From: Octopus sinensis
Lineage: Eukaryota
Assembly: GCF_006345805.1 (NCBI RefSeq)
Contig: NC_042997.1
Coordinates: 3,658,001 to 3,722,000 of the forward strand
DNA length: 64,000 bases
Direction of reading: 5' to 3'
Shown here piece after piece: positions 26,670-38,339 of this stretch; position 1 is the stretch's first letter, and each line of letters begins with the position of its first letter. The notes under the pieces are model-generated. The model saw nothing but the letters and a program-made list of their open reading frames with translations. It had not been told where the DNA came from and did no database searches. Position numbers and translations under genes: made by a program.

Positions 26670-26913
26670 AAAAATATATAAAAATACAAAATGAGACAAG
26701 AAGGCAAAACACTCAAATAGACGACACAAAAAACGGACGGGTCATTCGAAGCCTCTAATCTTCAGTCAAGAACCAGATCATCCTCGCAATTTCGTGCGAG
26801 GATGATCCGGTTCTTGACTGAATATTAGAGGCTTCGAATGATCCGTCCGTTTTTTATGTCGTCTATTTGAGTGTTTTGCCTTCTTGTCCCATGTTGTATT
26901 TTTATATATTTTT
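26670..26913. repeat. Long palindrome: 119-bp arms, 6-nt loop
   Basis: 26670-26788 is the reverse complement of 26795-26913 with 6 mismatches by hand count; loop atttcg. Confidence 0.95.
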
Positions 26914-26959
26914 AATACATATTTATATATACATACATACATACATACATAGTTCTTGA

Positions 26960-27140
26960 ACAAGGACATTATATATCTATATTTAAGAGATGAGGAATTG
27001 CGTACATTGTTTACATTATTTACATTTGATAGATATTTGTGCTAATCTTGTTTGTTCTTAACACAACGTTTCGGCTGATATACCTTCCAGCCTTCGTCAG
27101 GTGTCATCAGGAAATTTCAAACCTGTGTTCTCGTTCATAA
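26960..27140 (-). repeat. Inverted pseudo-LTR at the 5' end of the Penelope-like element
   Basis: Its reverse complement aligns to 29685-29810 (gagaac-caggtt-gaaattt..ctga-gaag..agccgaa..tcaaatgtaaataatg). Confidence 0.75.
27060..27105 (-). ncRNA. Minimal type-I hammerhead ribozyme (predicted)
   Basis: gacac CUGACGA a GGCUG-gaagguauau-CAGCC GAAA CGUU | gugu: intact core, 5-bp stem II, palindromic ACGU stem III, stem I acac/gugu. Confidence 0.75.
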
Positions 27141-27149
27141 GGCAACAGA

Positions 27150-29420
27150 CTTCAATGGAGAGATGGAGAAACTCCATCAAAAACTACCGCGTCTTTCAAG
27201 CAATCTAACTTTAGATTCAAAGGTAATACCACATGGCTTGAATATAATGGCAACAGTGGATTCATATAAGAAAATGAAGTGGAGAAGGCAGGACATACCC
27301 ACGTCCGTGACAAGATGCATTAGAACAGTTGGTAAAAACAACAACTAAATAACGAAACCAAAGAGAGGTTTTCTTCATTACTTAGGGAAATTACCAGAGA
27401 TATTGATAGAAAGAGTATCCAACAAGATCTGGAAACGTCGTCGTACATGAAAGAATTTCAAATGGTGAAGACACGCCAGATCAAGAAATTTATGAAACTC
27501 AGAGTTCAGGTAAAAATGACTGAAATCCGTCATCCACCTGTGAAAGCAGTAATTAATGTATGTAGCCGAAGAAGCAATACAGAACTAATGTATCAACTTT
27601 GCGACAACCATCAAGCACATTCCATATTTGTACATAATAGCCCCTATTGTAGAGATAGCAGTAAAGATACCAAAAATCTCAGGGAAATGAACTAAGGTGG
27701 AAAGTGAGACAGGTACTAGAAAAAGCAAAAGTTCCTAAATCAAACATCACTAAGGAAGAAAAGTTCGATATCACAATACTATAGAGTGATAATTCCATCA
27801 TATTCCTTCCAGCTGACAAGGGAAATGCTACAGTTGTTACGAACAAGTCTGACTACTCTAAAAAAATGGGCAAGTCTTATAGGTGATGGTAGCTACAGTA
27901 AAGAAAAGAAATACCCAAATCTGAAAACAGAGAGGAAGTTGACACAGATCTTGATCAAGAGGAAGGATCTCTTTACACCAATGAAGTACAGACATCTGAC
28001 TCAACACTACAATAAACTACCACACATGTACGGTCTCCCTAAGATTCACAGGGGTTGTAATCCATTAACACCTATAGTGAGCTGTAGAGGTTCAGCATGT
28101 CATCCACAGAGCCGCTTACTTGTGGATATAATCAGTCCATTAGCAGGAAAGTTAACATCGTTCGTGAAGTATTCCACCAACTTCACAGAATTGTTCAAGG
28201 ATAACCCCATTGAATCCAACCAGATGGTGAATCTAGATGTGATAAGACTGTTCAGCAAAGTCCCAAATAGAGACTTAAGAAAATCTAGTGACAAACACCC
28301 ATCTAAATAAAACGCACCAGTATACCAATAACAAACGTAATAGAAATGTTGACCTTCTGTGTAGAAACTACCTACTTCAATATGGACACGGATATATATC
28401 AAGAAGAGGTGGATTTAGCGATGGGTTCGCCATTATCACCGATAATAGCCGATATATACGTGGAATACTTTGAGAATTTGGCTCAGGATCAACACCACTA
28501 ATACCAACCCTATGGCAACGAAATGTTGATGACGTCTTTATACCCCGGCCCCACTAGGAAGATGTCCAAGTGCTGTTAGTTCATGTGAGATCAACAAAGC
28601 TATCCGTACAGTTCACAATGTAAAAGGAAAAAAGGCAATCAGCTAGCATTCCTGGACGTATTAATAATACGCAACAAGTATGGATTCAGGACATCTGTAT
28701 ACCAAAAGACGACCATCAATGGAGAATACTTCAATTCCATTATTCAATACCCATCCATGAAGTGTAAAGACAGGGATTGCTCAGTGCCTAAACATCGTGC
28801 AAAAATATAAGTAGTGAAATGATCAAGCTCAATAACAATCTATTAATCAACAACTACCCCCAAAACACACTATCCACTCCAATTATGAAGAACATAGAGA
28901 ATGCAACCAATCAACTGTTCACATTCTGTCTATTCTATGTGAGAGGCCACCCGGAAGAGATACAAAAGATATGCGGCCCGAATGACATCAGGACAGTATT
29001 CAAGAATAATACAACACTTCGCAAATATCTCCTTCGAGTAAAGCCACCAATAGAAGAGAATATGACAAAAAACTGCGTGTACTCTATCCCGTGTAGCTGT
29101 GGTAGGTTATACAAAAGCGAAACATGCCACCCCTTGAAAATCAGTAGAGGAACATCGCAATGTTGTGACACGAGGAGATATTGATAAATCGGATGTAGTT
29201 GATCATGTATGGAAAAATGGAGACCACCTCCTCCTATGGGATGAAGTTAAGATAATAGACAGAGAACACTCGAAAATAAGAAAACTAAAATAAACAGCAC
29301 ATACGGTAGGACACAGTAACTTCCTAAGCAGAACGACTGCAGATATGAATAGTGTATAGGAACCGGTATGCAGGAAGGTTAGGAAAATATTAGACTTATA
29401 AGCCCTAAAATTCACTCCAT
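27150..29420 (+). mobile_element. Penelope-like element (RT + GIY-YIG), decayed ORF
   Basis: MEKLHQKL N-terminus; LPHMYGLPKIH..PIVSCRGS; AMGSPLSPIIADIYVEYFE; NVDDVF; LAFLDV; CVYSIPCSCGRLYKSET; DHVWKNGDH. Confidence 0.92.
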
Positions 29421-29505
29421 AATTGATCATGAGCGTATGACGTAGTGATTAAGAGAGGAGGCTACGAAACCCAAGATTCCGACTTCGATTTCATGCAGTG
29501 ACCTG

Positions 29506-29667
29506 AATAATAATAATAATATAATGATGATGATGGTGATAATGATGATGATGATCATGATCATGATCATGATGACGATGATGATGACTATGATGATGAC
29601 GATGACGCCGCCGACGACGACGACGACGGTGACGACGACGATGATGATGATGAGGATGATGATGATA
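29506..29667. repeat. (AAT)/(ATG)/(ACG)n microsatellite
   Basis: Seen directly. Confidence 0.95.
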
Positions 29668-29684
29668 AAATTATACATCGAAAA

Positions 29685-29810
29685 ATATCTTAGGAATGAG
29701 AACCCAGGTTCGAAATTTTCCCAAAACATCTGATGAAGTCTCGCGTGTATAATAGCCGAATTTTTGTATTAACAAATATTCGTCAAATGTAAATAATGAG
29801 GAATATTATT
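29685..29810 (+). repeat. 3' pseudo-LTR of the PLE with decayed hammerhead
   Basis: CTGATGA agtct..tagcc GAAT: core GAAA lost and stem II mismatched; homologous to the inverted copy at 26960-27140. Confidence 0.65.
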
Positions 29811-31975
29811 GACAATGACTTCGAAGTTTCGGCTAGCTATACAAGTAATCCAGCAGCTTAATGTAAAATTGTTTTTATTATAACTGAATATAAAAAATAG
29901 TAAAAATAGACCGCATCACATACACACACAGTCAATCATACATATATACACATATAGATAAACACGCAAATACACAATCACTTGCACACACACATACAGG
30001 CATACATACTCACTCACCCATACGTACACGTATACACATGCACCTACACACCCAGTCACACAGCCACACCCACGCAAATATATATACTCGTTATTAATTG
30101 TCTTAGTAAAACATAGCCCGATGTAATGTATATTCTTCTTTAAACCGAGACTTTCAGGAGATTCGTGTCGTTATATCCCGCAGGGTTCTGACAATAATCT
30201 CCATGCATCATGACATTTCTGTTATTATCGAGTTTTTTTTTGCAATTACCAACAACAATACCAATATAATTAGGTCTATTTTGGCTAACGCGTATATTTC
30301 ATACGTTGTCAAGCTATTTAGGTAGGTTACAAACGTTTCTTCAGTGAGTGATTTTCACCTCTTCAGAGCATTCATTTTCCGCACTGATTTACTGGAACAC
30401 AAGATTTAAGATTTAATTAGACCCCGTAGTACTTGCTGCAAATATATAAACGATATTTTAGTAACGAAATAGGTGTTTTTAGAGTAATTACTTTGTTAAA
30501 CTTATTGTAAGAATTTGTGAGCAAGCAGATTTGGTAGCACTATAAATAAATCATTTTTTGATGTTACAGCTATGATTTGCAAGGGGAGATTTATAAGAGC
30601 TGCATGCAATAAATTAGCAATTTTAAGTTTAAAATAGCTGCACTGTGATAAGGAGATAACTGCAGATCTGTTAAATTCGGATATCGCATTCTTGTATGGA
30701 GGCGAGAAGAAAAGAGAAAGATAGATTTGTTAGTTGTTCTAGTGTATTGGTATATATAGCACGTAGTCAGATAACATAAATGGTTGGGCAATGATGTAAT
30801 GTGAAAATCTGTTAGAAAAATTATTTTATTACATCTAAATATATGAAAACATATTTCAAGTAAATTAGGTGATTTGAAATTATAAGTTTAGGAATAATTA
30901 GAGCCCACTTTTCTAAGGTGAATTCACATTACGTTGCTCATTTTCATTGAAGAAATAATTTCGACGTATTAAAGATTCGTTATTTCCGTTGACTCTTTTT
31001 CTCTTTCTGTGTCTTTCATTTTTTAATTATCACCGGTTATGCTTAAGAATCTTATCGAGCATAATAGCTTTCAGTTCTATAGTCATATCTCATAGGAGAT
31101 GGCGAGAAATCTAGAAGAGACATTTATGGTTCTCTCTTTGTATAATCGACAATTAAGCGATAATCACTAAAACTATGCGTGTAATTCCCTCAGTTTTCTA
31201 ACCAAATTGTGTTAAGTTTATTTATAAGTATTTTAGATACTTTTGTAATTCCTTCCTGTATGTTGTCTATGATATATACGTTATGCGCTATTCTCGGATG
31301 CATTTAAATACAAATGACATTGCCGTATAACGAACTAGGTTCTTCATAGCAACCTTCAAGGTGTTACTTCCATTACAAAGGAGGTAAAAAAGACAAGTTC
31401 TGTGGAATCTGCATTCGTAGCAAGGAGAAGGTAGAAAGACAAATTCTGATGTGGAAGAATCACATGGAACGTAACCTAGAGGTTCTCGTACCAAACGAAT
31501 CTGGACACAATTGTTTGATGTTTGCCTGCGGACGGCGCTATATGCCGGTATGTGTTAGATGATTTAGATTATAAATTAAAATTTAGCTTTCAACGTTTAT
31601 TCCAAATCATACTACAGTATATTTTACAATGGTGTTTGATAGCATCATATGTAGCCATAATTCACTGAGGTGTGCAACCCGTAATGATATACAATTTACA
31701 GCTCAGGAAGGAAATTCACGGTAACGAAGTATATTTCTGCCTGTTATCAGTAACCACTTTGATATGGCAGGATCTTATTTATTGCTTATTGGTATACAAT
31801 GAAAAAGGATGTTAATCATAGATTTCAGTCAAGGAAATACATCTTTTGTTGATAGTTATAATTCATCAGAAGTGGTGTGTTGTAAAGCGACAGATATGAA
31901 ATATGCGTTTAATAAATATAATAGAATATATAACGTAATGTGTATACAGACCCGCATTATTTACATATGAAACAC

Positions 31976-31979
<4 letters not shown>

Positions 31980-32032
<53 letters not shown>

Positions 32033-32064
32033 CGTGTGCGTGTATGTGTATGTGTATGGAAATG

Positions 32065-32101
<37 letters not shown>

Positions 32102-32146
32102 ATTCATAAACAGATACATGGTTACATGCATACACACACAAATATA

Positions 32147-32206
<60 letters not shown>

Positions 32207-32247
32207 GTATGTGTCTATGTATGTATGTATATCTATCTATCTGTCTG

Positions 32248-32300
<53 letters not shown>

Positions 32301-32330
32301 ATACATACATACATTAATAAATACATAAAT
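31980..32330. repeat. (TA)n/(TG)n/(CT)n compound microsatellite
   Basis: Seen directly. Confidence 0.95.
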
Positions 32331-32909
32331 CATTAAGTCGATATGCACACTCTAATATTTGTATAAATACAGAAATATCTGTGCGGGTGTGTACGTGCAT
32401 GCAACTGCAAATGCTTACGCGTATAAATGTGTGTCTGCGTGCCTTCTTTATTTTTAGATTGTCTATTCATGGAAACACACAGCCATGTAGATGTTGTATC
32501 AAAGACCTGGAATTGCTCTCCCATGCATGTCTCCATTTTTCTTGTCTCAGATGTTGTGCAAAGTCAATTTAAAATCCGATAGATCTTGGGATGAGAATCA
32601 TCATAGTCATTGGTGTCAGAACATAAATAGCAATAAGGACTACAAACAAGCAACCTATCTGCCGATCTACCGCCAATCAGAAATATTAGGCATATTTTGG
32701 TGACACAACAGTCAATATATTTCTCCCTTGAAATATATGTGTGTGAATATGTGTCTTTTTTTTTGTGCGTGTGCGTATGCATGCATATACATATAAATAA
32801 CTATGTGTGTATATGTTTTGTATGTGTATCTATAAAGAACTGTATGAAAATATATATATATACGTAGCCATATACATAAGTACACACACGCACATATATA
32901 TGTATATAT

Positions 32910-33095
32910 ATATATTTTTTTTTTCTCTCCTTCTTTCTGTGTTTTTTTTCTCTCTGTGTTTCTTTCTGTTGAAGAGCGTAGGCTCGAAACGTTAAAGACT
33001 TGTTTTATTTATATTTCCTGAGCGCCATACTAATACAATTGTTCGTTTGTTTTCCACCTGCCTTCGCCTTTGTCTATTTTCATAAAGCTTCCCGT

Positions 33096-33097
<2 letters not shown>
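32910..33097 (+). repeat. Solo PLE-type pseudo-LTR between (TA)n tracts
   Basis: Homologous to 46800-46955 at the 3' end of the second PLE and to 57870-58000. Confidence 0.65.
32961..32998 (+). ncRNA. Minimal hammerhead-like ribozyme with variant core CUGUUGA (predicted)
   Basis: ucuuu CUGUUGA a GAGC-guag-GCUC GAAA CGUU | aaaga: 5-bp stem I, perfect 4-bp stem II, ACGU stem III; A6 replaced by U. Confidence 0.55.
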
Positions 33098-33187
<90 letters not shown>

Positions 33188-33233
33188 CATATATATATAT
33201 ATACATACATGCATATGAGTACCTGTGTATATA

Positions 33234-33273
<40 letters not shown>
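33097..33273. repeat. (TA)n microsatellite
   Basis: Seen directly. Confidence 0.97.
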
Positions 33274-33277
<4 letters not shown>

Positions 33278-34478
33278 CATGCAGGAAGTAAATATACATC
33301 TTTAATTTTTTAAATTTTTTTATCTAAGCGTTTTAATATATTTTTAGCGGTGTAGAATTTACAATGTAATTATTCTTTCTCATTCCAGGTGCAATTATAT
33401 TAAACATAGGCATGCCAAGCACAAAAAATTCAGCACACTGTCAAATTTTCAAAGAGGTCAGAGTGTTGGGCAATCTGAGGCAGGTCTTAGCCAACGAAAA
33501 ATTGCAAAATATCTTCAAATTCCTCTTGCTACTGTTAATAGAACTATAGTGCAATTCAAATTGACAGATTCTCATTCCGGCCGACCTGGGCCCTCGGACC
33601 GGAAGTTTGGCTGTTTGAAGAGAATTGTGGAAATCGAACCCCGTTCGAAGGCTTCTGACATTGCAAAAGAGCTAGAAGTTAGTCCACGAACTTGTGTTAC
33701 ATATCTGCATAAGCCTTGTTTTTATGGAAGAGCAGCTAGAAGAAAACCACTACTTCAAACAATTAATATCATAAAAAGGAAGAAATGAGCTAAGTTGTCA
33801 GAAAAATCCAGTTCATTTTGGGATAGAGTGATTTTCTCAGGTGAATCCAGATTTGTTTTATTTGCAGAGAGTGGACATGTTTGGGTCAGGAAGCTTCCCA
33901 ATTAAGAATGTGATTTGAAACTAGACCAACCAATTTTGAAACCTGGCGGTATCTCTGTAATGGTATGGGGAACTGTCATCAGCAATGGTCGTTCTCAGCT
34001 AATCAATTGTGTTGGAACCATTAACTCTGAAAAATACATCAAAATACTTAAGCAAGGACTCCTTCCGATGTATTCACACGATAACAGAAAGAAAATCGAG
34101 CTTTTATCCATGTAAGATGGTGTTCCATGCCCCACAGCGAAACGGAATCAACAATGGCTGACTGAAAATGGGATCAAAAAGCTTCCTTGGGCGAACCAAT
34201 CTCCTGACATGAACCCTATTGAAAATCTTTGGAACAAACTCTATCAAGTATGCTCCAAAATATGCTCACGATCGTTGTGTGAAAAGTGAAAAGAAATTCC
34301 ACAAGAGACAATCACAAAGCTCTTTAGTTCAATGCTTAAAGGAGTTTCTGAATTAAAATCTGCAAAGAGAATGTCAACTAAATACACAAGTATGTAGTCC
34401 TACCTATCGATTACTTCTCACTTGCTCGCTTTGCGTATTTTGAAAATTAAAGGTGTCTATTTACTTCCTGCATGTCTG
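33274..34478 (+). mobile_element. Tc1-family DD34E DNA transposon, full length, inactivated transposase
   Basis: 36-bp TIRs cagacatgcaggaagtaaata(t/g)aca(t/c)ctttaatttt (33274-33309 and 34443-34478, 2 mismatches). Motifs RAARRKPLL, VIFSGESRF (D to G), VMVWG, *DGVPC, then 34 residues to SPDMNPIENLW. Confidence 0.95.
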
Positions 34479-34489
34479 CGTGTATATAT

Positions 34490-34519
34490 ATGTATGTGTG
34501 TGTGTGCGTATTTATCTAT

Positions 34520-34596
<77 letters not shown>
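34490..34596. repeat. (TA)n microsatellite
   Basis: Seen directly. Confidence 0.95.
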
Positions 34597-34598
<2 letters not shown>

Positions 34599-34681
34599 GG
34601 TCCCGGGTTGATTCGGGGTTAACCACAGTAAATAAGGTACTCAATACATAGCAGATTAAAATTAATTTATTTTATAGAAGG

Positions 34682-34732
34682 AGCTTCTACAGGACTAGAA
34701 CTGTTTCATTCAAGAGAAATCATCAGGAAGCT
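34682..34732 (-). ncRNA. Type-I hammerhead ribozyme (predicted)
   Basis: Exact reverse complement of 35529-35579. Confidence 0.8.
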
Positions 34733-34994
34733 AGTTAACAAGAATTGTTTTGGCATTTATACATTTAGGCATGTTTAAAGGGGTGGTGGTGGGGGTCTTT
34801 TTGGGGGTAGGCATAGCGCAAAAATATCATACTTAGGGGAGTGGTCAAGGAGTCAGTGGTAAAGTAGATAAAAGAATAAATAAAAGAATAAAAAATATAA
34901 ATAGAAGAATAGAGTTTTAGGTAAATAAGGAGACTCTCCCTTATACATATACACATATGTATATATATACACACACACATATACATACACACAT

Positions 34995-35037
<43 letters not shown>

Positions 35038-35528
35038 TATATACATGTATATATACACACACGCCCACACATACATATACATACAAATATATACATACAC
35101 ACACATACACATACACACATACACACACATATATACATACACACATGCACACACATGTACATATATACACATATATATATATATATATATACATATGTGT
35201 ACCTATACATACCTACACATACACACATATATACATACACATACAAACCCATTCCCTTATTTTAATTTTATTATTATTTTCATTTATTACTTTTGTTATC
35301 TTTGACCGCGGTCACAAGCGTCTTGGCTATCGTCCCCCTGGGGACGACAGCAAGTCCATTTATCTTTCTACTCGAACACAAGCACTCACTCACGCACGCA
35401 CACTCATTCGCACGCACACACACTCATTCGTACACTCATACACATACATGCACGCACGCAAAAGTCCACCACCACCACCACTTTAAACCTGCCTAAATGT
35501 ATAAATGCCAAAACAATTCTTGTTAACT

Positions 35529-35579
35529 AGCTTCCTGATGATTTCTCTTGAATGAAACAGTTCTAGTCCTGTAGAAGCT
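35529..35579 (+). ncRNA. Type-I hammerhead ribozyme (predicted)
   Basis: agcuuc CUGAUGA u-UUC-ucuu-GAA-u GAAA CAG-uucuaguc-CUGUA | gaagcu: full consensus core, 6-bp stem I, 4-bp stem III, GUA cleavage triplet (35571-35573). Confidence 0.8.
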
Positions 35580-35889
35580 CCTTCTATATAATAAATTATA
35601 TATATATATATATATATGTATACGCATATTCGCGAAGAGTTCTATATCATATTATTAAACAGCTGTACCCCGAATATGTTCTCAGATATTTGGCTGAACC
35701 ATATAGAATAAAATAGGAATATGATACACACGCACACGCATGTACGCGCACGCAAACAAACGCACGTATATGTGAAAAATGAAATATAGTTTTTAGCAAC
35801 ACTCGTTATTGCATAACGGTGTTTACTTAATGTAGCATTACAAGCAGACATATTCCTGAAGCATTATCTAAAATATATATCAACATATA

Positions 35890-35925
35890 TTATTATCATT
35901 ATTATTATTATTATTGTTATTACTA

Positions 35926-36001
<76 letters not shown>

Positions 36002-36051
36002 CATCATCATCATCATCATCATCATCATTATTATTATTATTATTATTGCTA

Positions 36052-36089
<38 letters not shown>

Positions 36090-36190
36090 ATTATGATTAC
36101 TATCATTATCATCATCATTATTATTATTATTATTTTATTATTATTATCATCATTATTATTATTATTATTAATATTATTACTATTATTATT
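35890..36190. repeat. (ATT/ATC)n microsatellite
   Basis: Seen directly. Confidence 0.95.
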
Positions 36191-36289
36191 AAGAACAAAA
36201 ACGACAGGGACAGCACCAGCAGTAAAAGCTATATAAAGAACACCGACAATAACAACAACAATAAAATAACTTATTTTCAAGAAGGAACA

Positions 36290-36790
36290 AATTTGCTGTT
36301 GCAAATCTCTCTAGAAGGAAAACATGGGTGCCTGAGTGAAGAAGAAAAATTGTTCAATATTATTAGAGGAAACAAGCTTGCTATCACTACAAACTTGATG
36401 GAGAAGACGTCCAAAAGGGCCATCGTATACAAATGTATGTCTAAAGACGAGGAAAATTTTCATTGCCCCACATATCTAGGTAGAAAATGGTTGAATGTCA
36501 TTTGGATTGATATTGATTTCCTACCACGAGGAAGACAATATTCTTCTGCCGAACTGAGGATCCTTACAGAGGCACTGGCCTAAAAAACACTCAATGATCC
36601 AGTGCAAATACGACAACTTTCTTCTCTTAACCACACACCTTCGACGGCGGGTGGTGGATGTTAAAATATCAGATGTGCCACCAGAATTAGACATTTGGTT
36701 GTTGATTCGGTGCGCTGTGGTCGGAGGCCAGGATTCGCTTCAATAATTCAGAACTATATCGGAAGTAAAATTCCTTAGGAATCCCCACCA
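36290..36790 (+). pseudogene. LINE ORF1 relic (Tx1/L1-like), N-terminal part
   Basis: EEEKLFNIIR.. and LRRRVVDVKISDVPPELDIWLL resemble YCGKRVPRVTVGRVPPEIEE at 19.5 kb. Confidence 0.5.
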
Positions 36791-36961
36791 CTTTCTTGAA
36801 ACGCTTTATTCTATATATATATATATATGACAATTCATTTTCACTGTACACCTTGTATACTTTCTCTCCTTCGTTTTGTTTTCATTTCAATATATGTAAA
36901 CCCCCACATTTTATGTCTGTCTTTGTATTGTCACCCTCATTTCTCTCCCTAATGGCAAATG

Positions 36962-37086
36962 TAATTCTTCTTCTTCTTCTTCTTCTTCTTCTTCTTCTTC
37001 TTCTTCTTCTTCTTCTTCTTCTTCTTCTTCTTCTTCTTCTCTTCTTTCCTTTTCTTCTTCTTCTTCTTCTTCTTCTTCTTCTCCTT

Positions 37087-37117
<31 letters not shown>

Positions 37118-37220
37118 TTATTATTATTATTATATTATTATTATTATTATTATTATCATCATCATCATGATTAATTATTATTATTATTATTATTAATATT
37201 ATTATTAACATTATTATTTT
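36962..37220. repeat. (CTT)n then (ATT)n microsatellite
   Basis: Seen directly; source of the poly-R and poly-L ORFs. Confidence 0.97.
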
Positions 37221-37239
37221 TTTTCAATTATTATCTTTA

Positions 37240-38330
37240 TCATTATTTTTATCCATAAGTCCTGGACCGAATGTCCTCCTGTGAAGAGCCGCCATTTTAT
37301 TAGTAATATCCAGAATCCATCCCCCCACCATATTGACAGTGCACTTAGCTGCTATTATCTCTATTGAGCGCCGGTTTTGAAATTTTACGCAACGTATCTT
37401 TCGACTGACTAGACTTTGGCTACTCTTGATGTAGGGCTACAGTTCACTCAAGGAGATAGGCTGTGGGAAATTTTGTGTGACACAAAGCAACCAAAAAACA
37501 TCATTGAAATGAAAGCACCGGAGATATCGTAACCTCAGTGTATAACTACGGCAAGCTCAGTCCTCCATTCAACATGTGTTAACAATAAACGGAACGCCTG
37601 ACCAATAGTATGCGTCCCTTACGAAGAATGCAATAGAGTACACCCTCCAGTTTGTTCAGATGTATCCCAGGGCAGGGAGCGACGTCGAAGTAGTTATATT
37701 TGACCGAGACAATGTAAGCATTCATCACTTTTGGCCGACCTTTCAGAGATTTGTTGCTTTCGACCCCTTTCTAGGTAAGATTTGTCAACTTGTTCGTCAC
37801 ATTGTTCCAGTTGTTCTTCTCTCCGGGATTCTGTGTAGATCAGACGTTGCGAAATGTATTCGAAACCACCGTACTATCAACCACTACATGTTTTGTCGTC
37901 ATGGATTCGCGTGTACCGGTGGCGAGTTACAGCACCACGAATACTTGTTGGTTAGTTCTTCTTCTTATATCCTCTCGTATTTTTATATTGCTTTGCCGAC
38001 CAAGTCTGTTTTGTGTTCGACACTATGAAGGTGACTACGTCGGCGTATGCCAACACGGTTCTCCCACGTTCTAGCTCGCGCGGTATTACTCTCAAATCCT
38101 ACCAATTCCACATTAGTGGATCTTGAGTCAGTACATAGAGAAGAGATTAGAGCAGAGACACTTGACGGAAACAGTGAACGTTGCTGAATTACTCTCATAC
38201 GGACTACAGAATAGATGTTGCTCTATATTGCGGCGATCAATCACGGGGAACGGGACTTTAACTTTCCGGTTTGGGGACAGCTGCCAAGTATGTGTAGTCG
38301 ATCATGTTGTTGTTATGCGTGTCGAGAGTT
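37240..38330 (-). mobile_element. Decayed L1/Tx1-like RT fragment
   Basis: Minus-strand IDYTYLAAV, RQVSLL*SLLYVLTQDPL (cf. RQGCPLSPLLY) and VLAYADVVTFIVS (cf. YADD); homologous to 620-1400. Confidence 0.75.
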
Positions 38331-38339
38331 CAGGTTCTG

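Larger units (their letters stand above)
34663..35598. mobile_element. Non-coding element with 138-bp inverted terminal repeats, each carrying a hammerhead
   Basis: 34663-34800 is the reverse complement of 35461-35598 with about 5 mismatches; interior is A-rich sequence and (CA/TA)n; embedded in (TA)n. Confidence 0.85.

Noticed and set aside
31390-31560. Open stretch DKFCGICIRSKEKVERQILMWKNH.. ending at a GTATGT donor
   Set aside because: No plausible acceptor and no recognised homology
32551-32703. Acceptor plus 50-codon ORF (MLCKVNLKSDRSW..)
   Set aside because: No homology or partner exon; such sites are common in AT-rich DNA
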